The notes: generated by a model not told the origin, from the letters alone. A DNA stretch of 45,718 nt from Faecalimonas sp. (GCA_045577115.1 JAZNHX010000216.1:1-45718), one strand, 5' to 3'; shown: positions 29,608 through 39,263, counted from the first letter of the stretch. Made by a program: numbers and translations.

Positions 29608-30831
29608 ATGAAAGAAAAAGTTGTTTTAGCTTACTCAGGTGGTCTTGACACCACAGCCATTATTCCATGGTTAAAGGAAAATTTTGATTACGAAGTAATC
29701 TGCTGCTGCATCGACTGCGGTCAGGGTGAAGAATTAGACGGATTAGAAGAAAGAGCAAAACTTTCCGGCGCTTCCAAATTATACATAGAGAATATCATCG
29801 ACGAACTTTGCGACGAATACATCATGCCATGTGTACAGGCAAATGCCGTATATGAAAACAAATATTTATTAGGAACATCGATGGCCCGTCCTGCAATCGC
29901 AAAAACATTAGTTGACGTTGCAAGAAAAGAAGGCGCTACTGCTATCTGCCACGGTGCAACAGGTAAAGGAAATGACCAGATTCGTTTTGAACTCGGTATC
30001 AAAGCACTTGCTCCAGATCTTAAGATTATTGCTCCTTGGAGAATGACAGACGTATGGACCATGCAGTCTCGTGAAGACGAAATCGAATACTGCAAAGCTC
30101 ATGGCATCAATTTACCATTTGACGCAAGCCACAGCTACAGCCGTGACCGTAACATCTGGCACATCAGCCATGAAGGTCTTGAATTGGAAGATCCATCACT
30201 TGAACCAAATTACGATAATTTGTTAGTACTTGGCGTTTCACCTGAAAATGCACCGGACGAAGGCGAGTACATTACCATGTCATTTGAAAAAGGAATTCCT
30301 ACTGCTCTCAACGGCGAATGCATGAAGGTATCCGAGATTATCACGAAATTAAATGAACTTGGTGGAAAACACGGAATCGGTATCGTTGACATTGTGGAAA
30401 ACCGCGTGGTTGGTATGAAATCTCGTGGAGTATACGAAACTCCGGGCGGAACAATTCTTATGGAAGCTCATCAACAACTAGAAGAACTCGTATTAGACCG
30501 TGCTACTATGGAAGTGAAGAAAGACATGGGTAACAAACTTGCTCAGATTGTATATGAAGGAAAATGGTTCACACCACTTTGTGATGCTGTCAAAGCATTT
30601 GTATCATCTACACAGGAATATGTAACTGGTGAAGTGAAGTTCAAACTCTACAAAGGTAACATCATCAAAGCCGGAACCACTTCTCCATACACACTGTACA
30701 ACGAATCACTCGCAAGCTTTACAACCGGTGACCTTTATGACCACCACGACGCTGACGGATTCATCACATTATTCGGACTTCCACTGAAGGTTCGTGCGAT
30801 GAAGATGGCAGAGGTTGAATCTAACAAATAA
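29608..30831 (+). CDS. argG: Argininosuccinate synthase
   Basis: LAYSGGLDT, HGATGKGNDQIRF, YSRDRN, SRGVYETPGG. Confidence 0.97.
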   Translation: MKEKVVLAYSGGLDTTAIIPWLKENFDYEVICCCIDCGQGEELDGLEERAKLSGASKLYIENIIDELCDEYIMPCVQANAVYENKYLLGTSMARPAIAKTLVDVARKEGATAICHGATGKGNDQIRFELGIKALAPDLKIIAPWRMTDVWTMQSREDEIEYCKAHGINLPFDASHSYSRDRNIWHISHEGLELEDPSLEPNYDNLLVLGVSPENAPDEGEYITMSFEKGIPTALNGECMKVSEIITKLNELGGKHGIGIVDIVENRVVGMKSRGVYETPGGTILMEAHQQLEELVLDRATMEVKKDMGNKLAQIVYEGKWFTPLCDAVKAFVSSTQEYVTGEVKFKLYKGNIIKAGTTSPYTLYNESLASFTTGDLYDHHDADGFITLFGLPLKVRAMKMAEVESNK

Positions 30832-30832
30832 T

Positions 30833-30875
30833 AAAAAACAGACGTAAAAATGCAAGCATTTTACGTCTGTTTTTT
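30833..30875. terminator. Bidirectional intrinsic terminator
   Basis: AAAAAACAGACGTAAAA..TTTTACGTCTGTTTTTT between convergent genes. Confidence 0.85.
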
Positions 30876-30896
30876 ATTTTGCTTGGCTCTGAACCG

Positions 30897-32132
30897 TTAT
30901 ATCTTATGTATAAACAGTCCACTGCGAAGTTTCGGTTCAAACCACGTAGACTTTGGCGGCATCAGCATTCCTGCATCCGCCACATCAAAAAGCTCTTGAA
31001 TCGAAGTTGGATACATGGCAAATGCCACCTTGCAATCGTTTGCGACACGTTTCTCCAATTCTTGAAGTCCTCGAATTCCCCCAACAAAATCAATGCGTTT
31101 ATCAATTCTCGGATCGCCAATTCCCAGTACCGGTGTAAGTAGCTTCCTCTGTAAAATGGATACATCCAATCCTTCTACCGGGTCTGCACATTTGTCTTCT
31201 TCACAAACCATACATCTGTACCATTTCCCTTCTAAGTACATCGTGAACTCACCTTTTTGTTTTGGGTAATGGTCTGCACACTCATCTTCCACCACTTCAA
31301 AGATTTCGCTCACCTTTTCTAAAAACTCCTCTATCGCATATCCATTCAAATCCTTCACCACGCGGTTGTAGTCCATAATCATGAGCTGTTCATCCGCAAA
31401 CAATACAGATAAGAAGTAATTAAACTCTTCCGTACCATTATAGTCCGGATGCTCTGCTCTTCGTTTCAGACCAACCTTCACCGCAGACGCTGCTCTGTGA
31501 TGTCCATCTGCAATATAGATTTCATTGGTATCCGCAAACTCTCTTCGAATGACTTCAATCTGTTCTGGTGCATCAATCATAAATACCCGATGACGTATTC
31601 CATCCTCAGACGTAAAATCATAGAGCGCCTCTTCCTGCTTCTTCGCTGCAATCACTTCACGGATAGCAGGTCTTGCACGATATGCCAAGTAAATCGGCCC
31701 TGTCTGAGCACTGCAGGTATCTACATGACGAATACGATCCTGCTCCTTCTCTTCTCTTGTATTTTCATGTTTCTTAATCACATTATTTGCATAATCATCA
31801 ATGGATGCACACGCCACAAGTCCGTCCTGCACTCTGCCGTTCATCGTAAGTTCATAGATGTAATAGCATTCCTTGTCTTCAGTTACAAAATCTCCGTTTG
31901 CAACCATTTCCCACAGAATATCGTGTGCCCTCTGATACACCTCATCAGCGTACATATTCATGTCATCCGCAAATTGCGTCTCCGGTCTGTCAATGCGAAG
32001 GAAGGATAATGGTTCCTTTTCCACTTCTGCCTTTGCTTCCGCACGATTATATACATCGTATGGAAGTGCCGCAATTTTTGCAGCTTTTTCGTGATTTGGT
32101 CTGATGCCTATAAATGGTTTTATTGTTGCCAT
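30897..32132 (-). CDS. DUF1015 family protein
   Basis: ALPYDV, KKHENT, YIADGHHR, MPPKSTWFEPKLRSGL. Confidence 0.9.
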   Translation of the reverse strand: MATIKPFIGIRPNHEKAAKIAALPYDVYNRAEAKAEVEKEPLSFLRIDRPETQFADDMNMYADEVYQRAHDILWEMVANGDFVTEDKECYYIYELTMNGRVQDGLVACASIDDYANNVIKKHENTREEKEQDRIRHVDTCSAQTGPIYLAYRARPAIREVIAAKKQEEALYDFTSEDGIRHRVFMIDAPEQIEVIRREFADTNEIYIADGHHRAASAVKVGLKRRAEHPDYNGTEEFNYFLSVLFADEQLMIMDYNRVVKDLNGYAIEEFLEKVSEIFEVVEDECADHYPKQKGEFTMYLEGKWYRCMVCEEDKCADPVEGLDVSILQRKLLTPVLGIGDPRIDKRIDFVGGIRGLQELEKRVANDCKVAFAMYPTSIQELFDVADAGMLMPPKSTWFEPKLRSGLFIHKI

Positions 32133-32162
32133 ATCTGTCTCTCCTTTTTTATCTTCTATATG

Positions 32163-33119
32163 TTATTGCGCCTGCATCACTCGCAAAATATTACCGTTTA
32201 AGATCTTATCCATCTGTCGCTGTGTAAAACCTCGTTTATTCATTGCATTGTATACGAAACTCATCTCACCCATGTGTGTAATATCCAATTCACCTTCATC
32301 AAAGCCATCAAAATCAGTTCCGAATGCAACGACATCTTCTCCTCCAACCTGATACATATGCCATAAATGTTCTGCAATATCCGCAACAGTTGCCTTTCCT
32401 TGTTCTCTTAAGAAATAAGGATAGAAATTCACACCTGCGACGCCACCTTTTTCCGCCAATGCTTTTATCATCTCGTCCGTCAGATTTCTCGGATGATTGC
32501 ACAATGCTCTGGCATTAGAGTGTGATGCCACAAATGGCTTGGTGCTATGGTTAATTACATCCCAAAATCCTCCATCGGATAAATGAGATACATCAATGAG
32601 CATCCCCAGTTCATTCATGCGTCTTACCACTTTAACTCCAAACGGTTTTAATCCTCGGTTCATCAACTCCGGTTCTCTGCTATTCGGAAATCCAATGCAA
32701 TTTTCATGATTCCAAGTCAACGTAATCAGGCGAATTCCCTGCAAATACAATTCCTCCAAGTATTCCATCTTGTTGTTTAAAATACCGCCTTCTTCAACCG
32801 TCAGAAAGGCAGACATTTTTCCATTGTCACGATTTGCAATAAGTTCCGCAAAATTATGTGCGATTGCAATACTGTCCGAACATTTTGCAAGTTCTGTCTT
32901 ACCATATGTAATCATCTCTAATGCATGCCAGTAAGCTTCTTCAAACGCATTGTCTCCTTGAAAATTCTCCATATGCATAAAACTGGCGAAGAACTGTGCC
33001 ATACTTCCTGCCGTCTTCATCTTCTCAATGTCAATACAGAGGTCATTTTTCTGCAAGTTGACACTCTGGTCTCGGATCATCATCCAAAAAGTGTCACAAT
33101 GCATATCAATTAATCTCAT
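32163..33119 (-). CDS. Membrane dipeptidase family (peptidase M19)
   Basis: DMHCDT, LTWN, IDVSHLS, ASHSNA, HPRN, GTDFDG. Confidence 0.9.
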   Translation of the reverse strand: MRLIDMHCDTFWMMIRDQSVNLQKNDLCIDIEKMKTAGSMAQFFASFMHMENFQGDNAFEEAYWHALEMITYGKTELAKCSDSIAIAHNFAELIANRDNGKMSAFLTVEEGGILNNKMEYLEELYLQGIRLITLTWNHENCIGFPNSREPELMNRGLKPFGVKVVRRMNELGMLIDVSHLSDGGFWDVINHSTKPFVASHSNARALCNHPRNLTDEMIKALAEKGGVAGVNFYPYFLREQGKATVADIAEHLWHMYQVGGEDVVAFGTDFDGFDEGELDITHMGEMSFVYNAMNKRGFTQRQMDKILNGNILRVMQAQ

Positions 33120-33184
33120 TATTTTCCAGTCTCCCGCATAAAATTTACTGTTTTAGTTTAACATATTTTTAAGAGGAAGTATAT

Positions 33185-33889
33185 ATGAAAATTAAAATTG
33201 GAATCGTAATTTGTGGTTTAGAAAATAACAGACAGTATGTGACGGATACCTATGTTCAGGCAATCAAATCGGCAGGCGGACTCCCGCTTATTCTGCCGAT
33301 GGTAAAATCAAAATCGGCCATCCGTGAATACATTGAACTTTGCGACGGATTCGTCTTCTGCGGTGGAGGTGACATCACACCTCTGCTATTCGGTCAAGAG
33401 CCGACAAATGGAATCGGAAAGACAGATATTACGTTAGATTTATTTCAGATTCGCTTGATGAAGCAGGTATTGGAAGTCGAAAAACCTGTGCTTGCCATCT
33501 GCCGTGGTATGCAGGTCTTAAACGTTGCCTGCGGCGGAACCATCTATCAGGACCTAAACGAAGTAGATTTTGATACCATCAATCACATGCAAACCAGCCT
33601 CTCCCGCAAGGACATCAGCCATAAGGTGACGTTCGCCTCAAAATCACACATTCACCGCATGCTCGGACCTTTTGCCTATACCAACAGTTTTCATCATCAG
33701 GCAATTGACCGTGTCGGTAAGAATCTGGTTGTGACAGGAACAACCGGTGATGATATTATTGAGGCAATCGAAATGCCATCGCACTCCTTTGTGTTGGGCG
33801 TACAATGGCATCCGGAAAGCATGTTTGATTCTGCTCCGAATATGAAGCAGCTATTTTTTGCATTGGTGAGATATTCGAAAGTGGATTAA
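33185..33889 (+). CDS. Gamma-glutamyl-gamma-aminobutyrate hydrolase family (peptidase C26, class I glutamine amidotransferase)
   Basis: GGGD, AICRGMQ..NVA.GG, NSFHHQA, GVQWHPE. Confidence 0.9.
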   Translation: MKIKIGIVICGLENNRQYVTDTYVQAIKSAGGLPLILPMVKSKSAIREYIELCDGFVFCGGGDITPLLFGQEPTNGIGKTDITLDLFQIRLMKQVLEVEKPVLAICRGMQVLNVACGGTIYQDLNEVDFDTINHMQTSLSRKDISHKVTFASKSHIHRMLGPFAYTNSFHHQAIDRVGKNLVVTGTTGDDIIEAIEMPSHSFVLGVQWHPESMFDSAPNMKQLFFALVRYSKVD

Positions 33890-35442
33890 AAGATTTTTGT
33901 TGTCCACTTTGTACAGTCCCAAACCTCATTCACTACATCTTGGTAAAATTCCGGCTCGTGACAGATAAGAAGAATGCTTCCATTATATACAAGTAGCGCA
34001 CGTTTCAATTCTTCTTTTGCATCCACATCCAAGTGATTGGTCGGCTCGTCCAAAAGTAAGATGTTCGTTTCTTTATTAATAAGTTTACAGAGTCTTACTT
34101 TGGCCTGCTCACCACCACTTAACACGCGAACCTGACTTTCGATGTGTTTTGTTGTAAGTCCGCATTTTGCGAGAGCAGAGCGGACTTCATACTGTGTATA
34201 GGACGGAAACTCCTTCCATAATTCTTCGATGCAGGAGGTCTTATTGTCCGGTGCTGCTTCCTGCTCAAAATATCCAATCTGCAGATTTTCACCAAGTTCT
34301 ACAGAACCTTGAAGCGATGGAATAAGTCCCAAGATACTCTTTAACAGAGTTGTCTTACCAATTCCGTTTGCACCAACAAGAGCAATTTTACTTCCACGTT
34401 CCATAGAAAGTGTTAACGGTTTTGACAGTGGTTCATCATAACCGATTACTAAGTCTTTTGTTTCAAATATATATCGGCCTGGTGTTCTTCCCACCTTGAA
34501 ATTGAATTCCGGTTTTGGTTTCTCGGCTGCCAATTCAATCACGTCCATCTTATCCAACTTCTTTTGACGAGACATCGCCATGTTTCTGGTAGATACACGC
34601 GCCTTGTTTCTTGCAACGAAGTCTTTCAGTTCACTGATTTCCTGTTGCTGGCGCTTGTATGCTGCTTCCAATTGTGATTTTTTTACTGCATACACTTCCT
34701 GAAAATGGTCATAGTCACCTACATATCGGTTGAGTTCTTGATTTTCCATGTGATAGATAATATTGATAACCTCATTCAAAAACGGAATATCGTGAGATAT
34801 CAATACAAATGCATTCTCATATTCAATGAGATACCGCTTCAGCCACGCAATATGCTCTTCATCCAAATAGTTCGTAGGCTCATCGAGAAGAAGAATGTCC
34901 GGTTTTTCAAGAAGCAACTTTGCGAGTAATACTTTGGTTCTCTGACCTCCACTTAGATCTGTAACATCTCTTTCAAGTCCAATATCCAAAAGTCCTAACG
35001 CTCTTGCAACTTCCTCTACTTTTGCGTCAATTACATAAAAATCATGCTGTTCTAACAGGTCCTGATATGTTCCCGTTTCTTCCAAGAGACGTTCCATTTC
35101 CTCCGGAGATGCTTCTCCCATCTGTTCAAACATGCGATTCATTTCTGCTTCCATATCAAAAAGATAGGCAAACGCACTATTTAAAACATCTCGTATGGTC
35201 ATGCCTTTCTCTAATACGGTATGCTGATCCAAATACCCAACACGGACATTTTTAGCCCATTCGATTTTTCCTTCATCCGGCTGCAATTTACCTGTTACAA
35301 TATTTAAAAACGTAGACTTACCTTCTCCGTTTGCTCCTACGAGACCAATATGTTCGCCTTTTAAGAGGCGAAACGAGACATCGCCAAAAATGGCACGGTC
35401 ACCAAAGCCATGTGATAAATGTTCAACATTTAAAATACTCAT
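33886..35442 (-). CDS. ABC-F family ATP-binding protein (B. subtilis YfmM-like)
   Basis: Two ABC cassettes (GANGEGKST and GANGIGKTT, LSGG, LLDEPTN), helical linker, no TMs. Confidence 0.9.
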   Translation of the reverse strand: MSILNVEHLSHGFGDRAIFGDVSFRLLKGEHIGLVGANGEGKSTFLNIVTGKLQPDEGKIEWAKNVRVGYLDQHTVLEKGMTIRDVLNSAFAYLFDMEAEMNRMFEQMGEASPEEMERLLEETGTYQDLLEQHDFYVIDAKVEEVARALGLLDIGLERDVTDLSGGQRTKVLLAKLLLEKPDILLLDEPTNYLDEEHIAWLKRYLIEYENAFVLISHDIPFLNEVINIIYHMENQELNRYVGDYDHFQEVYAVKKSQLEAAYKRQQQEISELKDFVARNKARVSTRNMAMSRQKKLDKMDVIELAAEKPKPEFNFKVGRTPGRYIFETKDLVIGYDEPLSKPLTLSMERGSKIALVGANGIGKTTLLKSILGLIPSLQGSVELGENLQIGYFEQEAAPDNKTSCIEELWKEFPSYTQYEVRSALAKCGLTTKHIESQVRVLSGGEQAKVRLCKLINKETNILLLDEPTNHLDVDAKEELKRALLVYNGSILLICHEPEFYQDVVNEVWDCTKWTTKIF

Positions 35443-35559
35443 GTATATAAACTCCTTTAAGAATTCTTTCCTTCGTTATTCTAACAGAAATTTTCATAAA
35501 AAGAAAGATAAATGAGAACACTATATTTGAAACATTTTATCAGAAAGGAATAAGGACAG

Positions 35560-35721
35560 ATGAAAGATAAAGAACAAGCAGTAATCGAAATCACATCACG
35601 CCCGGAAAATGTGTATGATGATGGCGATATTCCGGAAATCGATTTGCCAAAACCATCAAACGTAACAACAAACGTGACACCTGATGAAGTGCCACGTCGC
35701 GACGGCCCTGGTGGAGAGTAA
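35560..35721 (+). CDS. Small acidic, Pro-rich hypothetical protein (53 aa)
   Basis: Below the ORF-track cutoff. MKDKEQAVIEITSRPENVYDDGDIPEIDLPKPSNVTTNVTPDEVPRRDGPGGE, preceded by AAAGGAATAAGGA and followed directly by a hairpin. Confidence 0.65.
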   Translation: MKDKEQAVIEITSRPENVYDDGDIPEIDLPKPSNVTTNVTPDEVPRRDGPGGE

Positions 35722-35750
35722 AAAAATAAGAGTCTGTCGAGACAGACTCT
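35720..35750 (-). terminator. Intrinsic terminator with minus-strand U tract
   Basis: AGAGTCTGTC-GA-GACAGACTCT (35729-35750) preceded by an A run on the plus strand. Confidence 0.75.
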
Positions 35751-35816
35751 CGTGCGAGGCGCGGTTGCGTAGCAACATCTTCATTGTACGCGCCTCTGCG
35801 CATCCTCGCGGAGCGT
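35751..35816. ncRNA. Candidate structured non-coding RNA (unassigned)
   Basis: About 65% GC island with GAGGCGCG/CGCGCCTC stem, inner GTTGC/GCAAC hairpin, 12-nt unpaired segment and a further hairpin; not explained by a credible CDS. Confidence 0.45.
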
Positions 35817-35817
35817 T

Positions 35818-35886
35818 TTATGTGATAGGCATTTCCTATCACATAATAAAGTGCACTTTCCTTGTTTGAGGATAGTACACTTTATT
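35818..35886. terminator. Two adjacent hairpins downstream of leuS
   Basis: TTATGTGATAGG/CCTATCACATAA (35818-35846) and AATAAAGTGCACTTTCCT/AGGATAGTACACTTTATT (35845-35886). Confidence 0.55.
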
Positions 35887-35890
35887 CGTT

Positions 35891-38314
35891 TTACTTCTGA
35901 ACAATATTGATAATTCTTCCCGGTACATAGATTTCTTTTACAATAGTTCCGGTTAATTTATCTGCAATTGCCGCCTTACCTGCTGCGATTGCATCATCCT
36001 TTGATACATCTGCCGGTACAGTTACAACTGCTCTCGTCTTACCGTTAATCTGAACAGCCACTTCGATTTCGTCATCTTTCATAAGCGCTTCATCGTACGT
36101 TGGCCATCCTGCATTGAATACAGTTCCTGTATGTCCAAGTTGCTCCCACAACTCTTCTGCCATGTGTGGTGCAAACGGTGCAAGGAGAACTGCGATGTTG
36201 CTGAGTGTCTCAACATCCACTCCGCCCTCTTTCTTCGCAATCTCAATCAGCTTATTATTGTATTCCATAAAGCCTGAAATAACTGTGTTGAGGCTAAAGT
36301 TGTTCAGACGCGATGTGATATCGCATACCATTTTGTTGCGAATCTTCACCATCTCTTTAGTTGCCTTGATATCTTTATCCTTGCTTTCCTGAACAAGATT
36401 CCATACACGAGTGAGGAAACGATATACACCATCGATACCGCGATCATCCCACTCTGCATCGAGTTCCGGTGGTCCAACAAAGAGTTCGTACATTCTAAGA
36501 GCATCACATCCGTAATCCCTTACCAAATCATCAGGAGAAACAACGTTTTCTTTTGATTTACTCATCTTGATACCATTCTTACCGGTAATCATACCCTGGT
36601 TGAATAGTTTCGTGAATGGCTCTTCAAAATCAACCACTCCGATATCATATAAGAATTTCGTATAGAAACGAGAGTACAACAAGTGAAGAACTGCATGTTC
36701 TACACCACCGATATACATATCAACCGGAAGCATCTCGTGTGCTTTTTCCTTGGACACTAATGCTTCTGAATTATGATTATCTACATAACGCAGAAAGTAC
36801 CATGATGAACCAGCCCATTGTGGCATTGTATTTGTCTCACGTTTTGCAGGTTTACCACAAACCGGACAAGTTGTATTTACCCAACTCTCAATGCCTGCAA
36901 GTGGTGATTCACCTGTTCCTGTCGGCTCGTAAGAATCAACCTCAGGCAATGTCAATGGTAGCTGTTCTTCCGGAACAGGTACTGCTCCACAATCCGGACA
37001 GTGCACAATCGGAATCGGCTCTCCCCAGTAACGCTGACGAGAGAATACCCAGTCACGAAGTTTGAAGTTCACAGTTGCTTTACCAAAGCCACGTTCCTCA
37101 ATGATATGAGGTGCTTCTTTCTTAAGAACTGCAGATTCCATGCCATTCCATTCACCGGAATTAATCATAGTTCCAACTGCTTCCGTATAAGCTTCTGTCA
37201 TATTTTCAATTTCTACGCCATCCTTTGCGATAACCTGAATAATCGGAATATTAAATTTTGTAGCAAATTCAAAGTCACGGTCATCATGCGCAGGTACACA
37301 CATAATTGCACCTGTACCGTAGTCCGCAAGTACATAGTCTGCAAGCCAGATTGGTGTCTTCTCTCCGCTTAACGGATTGATTGCATAAGAACCAGTGAAT
37401 ACACCTGTCTTCTCCTTATCCTGCATTCTGTCTACGTTTGACTTCATAGAAGCATCGTAGATATATTTTTCTACTGCTTCTCTTGTCTCATCTGTAGCAA
37501 GACTTGCTGCAAGAGCATGCTCCGGTGCAAGCACCATGAAAGTTGCTCCATATAATGTATCCGGTCTTGTTGTGTAGACCGTAATCTTCTCATCTCTTCC
37601 GTCGATTTGGAAATCAACCTCAGCACCGTAGGATTTACCAATCCATTCAGCCTGCATCTTCTTAACCTTCTCCGGCCAATCCAACTTATCCAAATCATTT
37701 AACAAACGGTCTGCGTATTTTGTAATGCGAAGCATCCATTGACGAAGGTTCTTCTTCGTAACATCTGTTCCACAACGCTCACATTTGCCATTTACAACCT
37801 CTTCGTTGGCAAGACCTGTCTTACATGAAGGACACCAGTTAATTGGGAACTCTTTCTCGTAAGCAAGACCTTCCTTAAACATCTTTACAAATATCCACTG
37901 TGTCCACTTATAGAACTCAGGATCTGTTGTATTCACTTCCATATCCCAGCGATAGAGAGCTGCGATTTCGTTAATCTGATTCTTAATATTCGCCACATTC
38001 TCTGCCGTAGAGATTGCAGGGTGAACTCCCATCTTAATTGCATAATTTTCTGCCGGAAGTCCGAACGCATCCCATCCCATTGGATGAATGATATAGTACT
38101 TCTGTAATAATTTATAACGGCTCCATACGTCAGAGATTACATATCCTCTCCAATGTCCTACATGGAGACCATTTCCTGACGGATATGGGAACATATCGAG
38201 GCAGTAATATTTCTGTCTTTTGCCGTTCTCGTCTTCTTTTACGTTCACCGGGTTCGCTGCCCAGTTCTCACGCCACTTTTTCTCAATTGCCTTATGATTA
38301 TACGGTGTTGCCAT
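35891..38314 (-). CDS. leuS: Leucyl-tRNA synthetase
   Basis: DMFPYPSG.GLHVGH, GWDAFGLPAEN, TTRPDT editing domain, KMSKS. Confidence 0.98.
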   Translation of the reverse strand: MATPYNHKAIEKKWRENWAANPVNVKEDENGKRQKYYCLDMFPYPSGNGLHVGHWRGYVISDVWSRYKLLQKYYIIHPMGWDAFGLPAENYAIKMGVHPAISTAENVANIKNQINEIAALYRWDMEVNTTDPEFYKWTQWIFVKMFKEGLAYEKEFPINWCPSCKTGLANEEVVNGKCERCGTDVTKKNLRQWMLRITKYADRLLNDLDKLDWPEKVKKMQAEWIGKSYGAEVDFQIDGRDEKITVYTTRPDTLYGATFMVLAPEHALAASLATDETREAVEKYIYDASMKSNVDRMQDKEKTGVFTGSYAINPLSGEKTPIWLADYVLADYGTGAIMCVPAHDDRDFEFATKFNIPIIQVIAKDGVEIENMTEAYTEAVGTMINSGEWNGMESAVLKKEAPHIIEERGFGKATVNFKLRDWVFSRQRYWGEPIPIVHCPDCGAVPVPEEQLPLTLPEVDSYEPTGTGESPLAGIESWVNTTCPVCGKPAKRETNTMPQWAGSSWYFLRYVDNHNSEALVSKEKAHEMLPVDMYIGGVEHAVLHLLYSRFYTKFLYDIGVVDFEEPFTKLFNQGMITGKNGIKMSKSKENVVSPDDLVRDYGCDALRMYELFVGPPELDAEWDDRGIDGVYRFLTRVWNLVQESKDKDIKATKEMVKIRNKMVCDITSRLNNFSLNTVISGFMEYNNKLIEIAKKEGGVDVETLSNIAVLLAPFAPHMAEELWEQLGHTGTVFNAGWPTYDEALMKDDEIEVAVQINGKTRAVVTVPADVSKDDAIAAGKAAIADKLTGTIVKEIYVPGRIINIVQK

Positions 38315-38347
38315 CTTCTTTTCTTCCTTTCGTCTGAACCTTTTGTT

Positions 38348-38375
38348 ATTGTATCATATCATGTAATTTTGTCAA
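38348..38375 (-). promoter_or_regulatory. Sigma-A promoter of leuS
   Basis: TTGACA-16 bp-TACAAT with TG extension, about 30 nt before the ATG. Confidence 0.6.
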
Positions 38376-38381
38376 GAATCG

Positions 38382-38672
38382 CTAGACGTCTTTATTCTGT
38401 TCTAACTTGACATTGAGTGTCATATCAAGCGCCGCTGCCATTCTCACCATCATTTCAAGCGAAGGATTGTAATTGCCACTTTCAAATCGGCTGATATTCG
38501 GACGTGAGATACCTGTTCGTTTCGCAAGCTCGTCCTGTGTCATCTTTCTTCCCTTGCGACACGCAACATATTGTTCAATTACTTCTTTTCTTATCTCTTT
38601 TTGTTTCACTTCAATCGTAATCTCCGTTCCATCCAAATCAAAGATAAAATCCATGTCTTTTGTTGTTCTCAT
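38382..38672 (-). CDS. XRE-family HTH protein
   Basis: MTQDELAKRTGISRPNISRFESGNYNPSL; ATG 38672 with an AGAGGG RBS. Confidence 0.85.
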   Translation of the reverse strand: MRTTKDMDFIFDLDGTEITIEVKQKEIRKEVIEQYVACRKGRKMTQDELAKRTGISRPNISRFESGNYNPSLEMMVRMAAALDMTLNVKLEQNKDV

Positions 38673-38836
38673 AATCAACCCTCTGTTTCATAATAATCTT
38701 AAACTTTTATTATTGTATCACAAAAGAGGTGTAACGAACAGATATATTTTATAGAAATATTTTATCATATATTAGTTGCCCTTCTCGTTATTCTGATGTA
38801 TAATAAAACATATTACATAACAAAGGAGTGATTCCC

Positions 38837-39256
38837 ATGGTAAATTTATTAACAGGACAAAAAGGAAGCGGCAAAACACAGAAAATGATTGAAGCTGCGA
38901 ACATTAAAGCAAAGGAATGTGACGGAAACGTAGTATTCATTAAAAATAGCCACAATGATACATATAGTTTATCTTTTGATATCAGAGCAGTCTGCATGGC
39001 TGACTATCCATCAATCAGTAATATTAGTGAATACACAGGATTTATTTACGGAATGCTTAGTGCAAACAGTGATATCCAAGTAATCTTTATTGATGGTATT
39101 TTAAAACAAAAAGGTATTGTTCTTGACGGAATGCCTGCATTCGTAGATACATTGAACAGCATTTCAAAAGCACATAACGTTGATTTCTATGTAAGCCTTA
39201 GCGCTAACAAAGAAGATTTAGGAATTGAAGTTGACAAATGTAATTTCTTAAATTAA
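38837..39256 (+). CDS. Small stand-alone P-loop NTPase-like protein
   Basis: Walker A GQKGSGKT, Walker B-like VIFIDG; AAGGAG RBS before ATG 38837. Confidence 0.75.
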   Translation: MVNLLTGQKGSGKTQKMIEAANIKAKECDGNVVFIKNSHNDTYSLSFDIRAVCMADYPSISNISEYTGFIYGMLSANSDIQVIFIDGILKQKGIVLDGMPAFVDTLNSISKAHNVDFYVSLSANKEDLGIEVDKCNFLN

Positions 39257-39263
39257 TCATCAT

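Noticed and set aside
25030-33889. arg genes plus DUF1015, dipeptidase and PuuD-like hydrolase as one novel pathway
   Set aside because: Separated by a bidirectional terminator and different orientations; I saw no ARG boxes at the latter genes, so there is no evidence beyond proximity.
35681-35725. CTGATGA suggesting a hammerhead ribozyme core
   Set aside because: No correctly placed GAAA or three-stem junction; it lies within the small ORF.
35775-35800. AGAGGCGCG and ACAATGAAG...GCAACC on minus, resembling lysine or c-di-GMP-II riboswitch fragments
   Set aside because: The element is too short, lacks the remaining conserved cores, and has no downstream gene on that strand before the terminator.
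35591-35869. ORF-track entries 35591-35842 (-) and 35684-35869 (+)
   Set aside because: No RBS or recognisable motifs; they run through several strong hairpins and overlap the better-supported 53-aa ORF.
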